Shown: positions 60,524 to 64,000 of the stretch, in pieces
Position numbering within the stretch: the first letter of the stretch is position 1
How the letters are laid out: each line of letters begins with the position of its first letter
IMG/VR virus record: IMGVR_UViG_3300044811_000054
Coordinates: 1 to 64,000 of that record
Reading direction: 5' to 3' (one strand)
Length of the DNA stretch: 64,000 nt
DNA from: a virus
Notes under the pieces: model-generated
Database searches by the model: none
What the model was told of the DNA's origin: nothing
The model's input: the letters and a program-made list of their open reading frames with translations, nothing else
Program-made: the position numbers and the translations under genes

Positions 60524-62092
60524 TCACGACTGCACCGGGCTCAACTTGGCGGACTGGTAGTAGCCCCGCATCGGCTTGGACGCCTCGCCTGCCTTGACCA
60601 TCCGTTTCAACGTCTGGTCGATGTTCGCGCGGGTCACGTCCAAGTCTTCGAGCTCGGCCACGATGTCCGCAGCGGAGACGCAGCCCTTCTGGCCGTCGAG
60701 GTAGTCCTTGATGTCCTTGCGCAGCCGGCCGTGGGACTTGTCCGCTGCCGCCTCGGCCAGCACGTCACCGGCCTTACGCTCATCCTCGCCACCCCACACG
60801 ACCCGCGACGTGGTGATGAAGGCTTCGTCACCGTCGTCGACCTCACTCGGATCTAGATCAAGGCGCACCGAGGACAGCCGGTAGGTCAGCGAGTTCTGCT
60901 TGGGTCCGACGTTGCACTTCTCGTGGGTGAGCAGGAACTGGCCGTCTTCGCCCGGATCGGCGATGCAGTACAGCACCGAGCGGGGCAGGCTCGTGAACGC
61001 CTTCGAACCCATCACGCTGTTCAGCGCGTCCGTGGTAGTCGACTTGTTCACGTGGATCAGACCGAGCGCAGCCATCATCGTGCGCTCGCACATCTTGGTC
61101 AGCGGCTCAAGACCTTGCTGCACCTGCTGCTGGACGTGAGTGTCGATCTTCCCGTCAATGACCGCCATGATGGGGTCGATCAGCATGAGCGCCGGCTGTG
61201 ACTGCTGGATGGCCTTCTCGATCGCCCGGATGTCACCGGGGGCGGTGATGGCCCGGAAGCCGCCGGTCTCGTCCTGGACCGCGATGTGGAAGACCCGGCT
61301 CAGGTCGGCCCCTACCGCCCTCAACCTCGGGATGATCGTGTGTTCCCACGAGTCCTCGGTGGCGCACAGGATCACGTTCTGGGGCTTGCCGTAGTACCTG
61401 CCTTCCAGGGTGCCCCGAGTGATATGGGCGGCGATGTCGAGGGAGACGGTCGACTTCCCGATGCCCTCGCGACCAGCCAGGATTGTCATCATCCCGGCGG
61501 GGATGCGGCCTTTCTGCAGCCACTTCGTGCCCTTCATGGTGAACGAGTTCGCCGATGTCAACCGGACCGCTGGCCCATTGTCAGTGACGTCTCCAGCACC
61601 TGCCGCGCCCTCTTCGAAGACCCGGCGGACGGTGTCCATGTTCCGTGACTTCAAGGCCTGCTGCGCACGCTCAACCGTCTTGTGGGCGTTCCGCAGTTCG
61701 GCCGCTTCCTTGATCCGGGAGGCGTACCAGCTGTAGTCGCCGACGGCCAGGGCCGCCTTCTGTTGGCAGCTGGTGAGGTAACTGGCGGGGTCCATGACTG
61801 CGGTGACCTGCCGCACGCCCATGAGGTCGCGGAGCGTGGCGAGCTGATCGATCCGCTTGTCGGCGTGCGCCATCAGGGTGGCGTAGATGTGCTCGTGGGG
61901 AACCGTCAGGAACTCCTCGGGGCGGAGCCGGTCGAGCAGGCTTTCGGCATCGTCCGAGAGCAGTAGTTGGCCCAGAGCGATCCGCTCCCAGCCGATGATC
62001 GTGTCGGGATTGTCGATGCCTTCCGCGTCCAGGACGCCGCCAAGCCGCTGGTCAATGGCCTGCTGGTCGGAAACCGCGCGCTTCGACGCCAT
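60524..62092 (-). CDS. RepA/AAA_25-type SF4 helicase with DnaB-like N-domain and C-terminal wHTH
   Basis: LRPEEF....HE.IY; ILAGREGIGKS; ATED; LIDP; HVNK; GSKAF. Confidence 0.85.
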   Translation of the reverse strand: MASKRAVSDQQAIDQRLGGVLDAEGIDNPDTIIGWERIALGQLLLSDDAESLLDRLRPEEFLTVPHEHIYATLMAHADKRIDQLATLRDLMGVRQVTAVMDPASYLTSCQQKAALAVGDYSWYASRIKEAAELRNAHKTVERAQQALKSRNMDTVRRVFEEGAAGAGDVTDNGPAVRLTSANSFTMKGTKWLQKGRIPAGMMTILAGREGIGKSTVSLDIAAHITRGTLEGRYYGKPQNVILCATEDSWEHTIIPRLRAVGADLSRVFHIAVQDETGGFRAITAPGDIRAIEKAIQQSQPALMLIDPIMAVIDGKIDTHVQQQVQQGLEPLTKMCERTMMAALGLIHVNKSTTTDALNSVMGSKAFTSLPRSVLYCIADPGEDGQFLLTHEKCNVGPKQNSLTYRLSSVRLDLDPSEVDDGDEAFITTSRVVWGGEDERKAGDVLAEAAADKSHGRLRKDIKDYLDGQKGCVSAADIVAELEDLDVTRANIDQTLKRMVKAGEASKPMRGYYQSAKLSPVQS

Positions 62093-62220
62093 CAGGCGCT
62101 CACCGCACGAAACGGCAAGATCGCACTGACGTACGAGGCGAAGATGTAGCTACAGTGCTGCACGCGGAGGTACCTCTCCGTAGGGGCCGGGTTCAGGCGT
62201 TGGCGCGCCTCCGGCCCCGA

Positions 62221-62484
62221 CTAGTTTCGGGGCGTTTTCACCCCCGTTGACTTGGGTCCACGCAGTTGGCGCTTGCGCTCGGCGTCCGCCTTGCGGATCT
62301 CCTCGCGTTGCTCCTCAGTCATGGCGTCGCGGCGGATCATCTCTCGGGTGCGTCCGAGTTCGCGGGCCACGTCGACCTGCTGGACATCGCCGCTGGCCAG
62401 GTATTTCCGCAGGATCTCGCGGTAGTGACGCTCGGCTTCGTCGATGGCGTTCCACGCATCGATGATCTCGTTCAGTTTGCTCAC
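62221..62484 (-). CDS. Small HTH regulator of the second block
   Basis: QVDVARELGRTREMIRR; divergent from plus-strand genes. Confidence 0.7.
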   Translation of the reverse strand: MSKLNEIIDAWNAIDEAERHYREILRKYLASGDVQQVDVARELGRTREMIRRDAMTEEQREEIRKADAERKRQLRGPKSTGVKTPRN

Positions 62485-62664
62485 CTCCCCATGATCTGAG
62501 TTGTCCTAGGCCGAGGCAATAATGCCTCGGATCGTCTGCCTACGATCCTATGCCATGGATCCTTGACATGCAAGGTCGGGAGGACTAGTGTCGTTGGCAT
62601 AGGAAACGCGGCATCGGGAAGCGCGCCAACGCAGACCGGAGCCCCGATCGGGAGGTACCCCGAC

Positions 62665-63417
62665 TTGAACAACTACGACTTGTCCCAGCCCGACGGCTAC
62701 ATCGAGGCCACCATCGGCAACGTCACCATCCGCCTGCAACGCACCGTCGAAGGCGGCTTCACCCGCCGCGTCTACGCCGGCAGCCACACCTTCGACAACC
62801 TGTCCGCCGGACACACCGACGAACTGCTGGCCCGCGCCGAGTGCACCGCCATCCGCACCCGGCTGCTCGCCGGGGAACGCGCCGTAAACGTCGAGGACGC
62901 CTACCGCCACCAGGGCAACGCGATGTTCGCCGAGATCGCCCAGATCCTCGACGCGGCGATGGCCGAGATCGACGTGGAGCAGGTCAAGGCGGACCTGAAC
63001 ACCGACGGCACCGCCTACCTGGCCGCCGAGACCGAGGTCCACAACCAGGTCGTGCAGCTCCGCGACGAGGTGCTGGCCGAGTCCCCCGAGTCCTACGCCC
63101 AGTGGCGGGCAGGAGTCCGCAATCAGGTCGTGCAGGCCGCCCAGCAGGCCACACCCGCCCGGGAGGGCCGCACCGTCCGCAACACCAAGACCCGGGTGTT
63201 CCTCAAGCCCCTCGACCCCGCACAGATCCGCGCCATCCAGCTGCACCGGGACGTGATCGTGCACGCAGGCAACGGGATCTCCTGGCTGACCCTGCGCGCC
63301 ATCGCCGACAAGAACTACGGCACCGCGACGTACGTGCCCGGCCGGCAGATCATCCAGTCGGTCACCCTCAACGCGGCGGGCCTTGAGGTCGCCGCGAGCA
63401 CGGAGGCAGCGGCATGA
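62665..63417 (+). CDS. Hypothetical protein
   Basis: TTG start after GGAGG; strong GC3 bias. Confidence 0.65.
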   Translation: MNNYDLSQPDGYIEATIGNVTIRLQRTVEGGFTRRVYAGSHTFDNLSAGHTDELLARAECTAIRTRLLAGERAVNVEDAYRHQGNAMFAEIAQILDAAMAEIDVEQVKADLNTDGTAYLAAETEVHNQVVQLRDEVLAESPESYAQWRAGVRNQVVQAAQQATPAREGRTVRNTKTRVFLKPLDPAQIRAIQLHRDVIVHAGNGISWLTLRAIADKNYGTATYVPGRQIIQSVTLNAAGLEVAASTEAAA

Positions 63418-63853
63418 GCCTCGTAACGTTCGTCTACCTACGTGCCGGGCACGTCTTGTACACCGGATTCGACAACACGAGGCGAACCCCGCAGGACTAC
63501 GCCGACCGGCTCGCCGCCCGGACCAACCCTGCCTACGCCGACGAAGTGCACGTCTGGCTCGCCCGATCGGACGAGCCAGACAGTCGCCAGCCAGACGCGA
63601 TCGCGCAGATTCCGGCATGAAGATCGAGCCCACCACCAACCTCGCCCAGTTCGCCGGTACTCGAGTCGTCATCAACGGCGTCCGGGCCGTCCAGATCTCC
63701 GCGATCCGGCATGGCGCCGAAGCCACTCACTGTGTCGACGAACTCCGCGACGGCGTGTGGGGCGACTGCTGGTACGAGCGGCACGGCGACGAACGCGGCG
63801 GCAACAGCTCGTTCTGGTGGCCCTACGGCACCGACCTGACTCTCACTCCCTGA
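63414..63853 (+). CDS. Two short coupled hypothetical genes (63414-63620, 63617-63853)
   Basis: ATGA overlaps. Confidence 0.55.
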
Positions 63854-64000
63854 CCTTTCCCGAGGCCCGCCGCCACCTGAGCGTGCAGCGGCGGCCCAAC
63901 CCACCACACCTGAGGAGACTCAATTGCCCAGCCACGATGACGTTCTGGCCTTCATCAAGCGTCAGGACACCCCGATCCACTCGACCGACGTCGCCGCCGA

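Larger units (their letters stand above)
48037..64000. mobile_element. Second phage-like block (other arm of the same phage, or a tandem element) with its own replication gene
   Basis: About 35 short coupled genes, AAA helicase, candidate origin and divergent HTH switch; no host genes. Confidence 0.7.

Noticed and set aside
1-64000. Diversity-generating retroelement, retron or lysis cassette
   Set aside because: No reverse-transcriptase motifs, template/variable repeat pair or endolysin recognised in the window

Overview
High-GC actinomycete-type phage DNA throughout; no host housekeeping genes are visible. 1-47.9 kb is most of a temperate phage, read almost entirely on the minus strand. In transcription order it runs: tyrosine integrase, CI/Cro/Xis switch, accessory and recombination genes (DNA methyltransferase, HIT, exonuclease, RusA), replication module (initiator with internal iterons, DnaC-like loader, DnaB), terminase, portal, head genes, then fibre/spike-like genes. 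The head module is unusual: a tandem ADP-ribosyltransferase protein lies between portal and the MuF-like gene, and a 2H-phosphoesterase is embedded in the protease/scaffold. Three free-standing homing endonucleases have apparently recoded flanks; one duplicates its neighbour's C-terminus. The terminase large subunit is split at a GGGAAAA heptamer inside Walker A. At 47989-48036 the 3' half of tRNA-Val(GAC) is flanked on both sides by arm-type repeats (attP-like). Beyond it, 48-64 kb holds a second phage-like block with its own helicase, candidate origin and divergent switch. Several single-base homopolymer indels suggest sequencing error or decay, which tempers the frameshift claims. All assignments are by motif recognition only; no searches were run.
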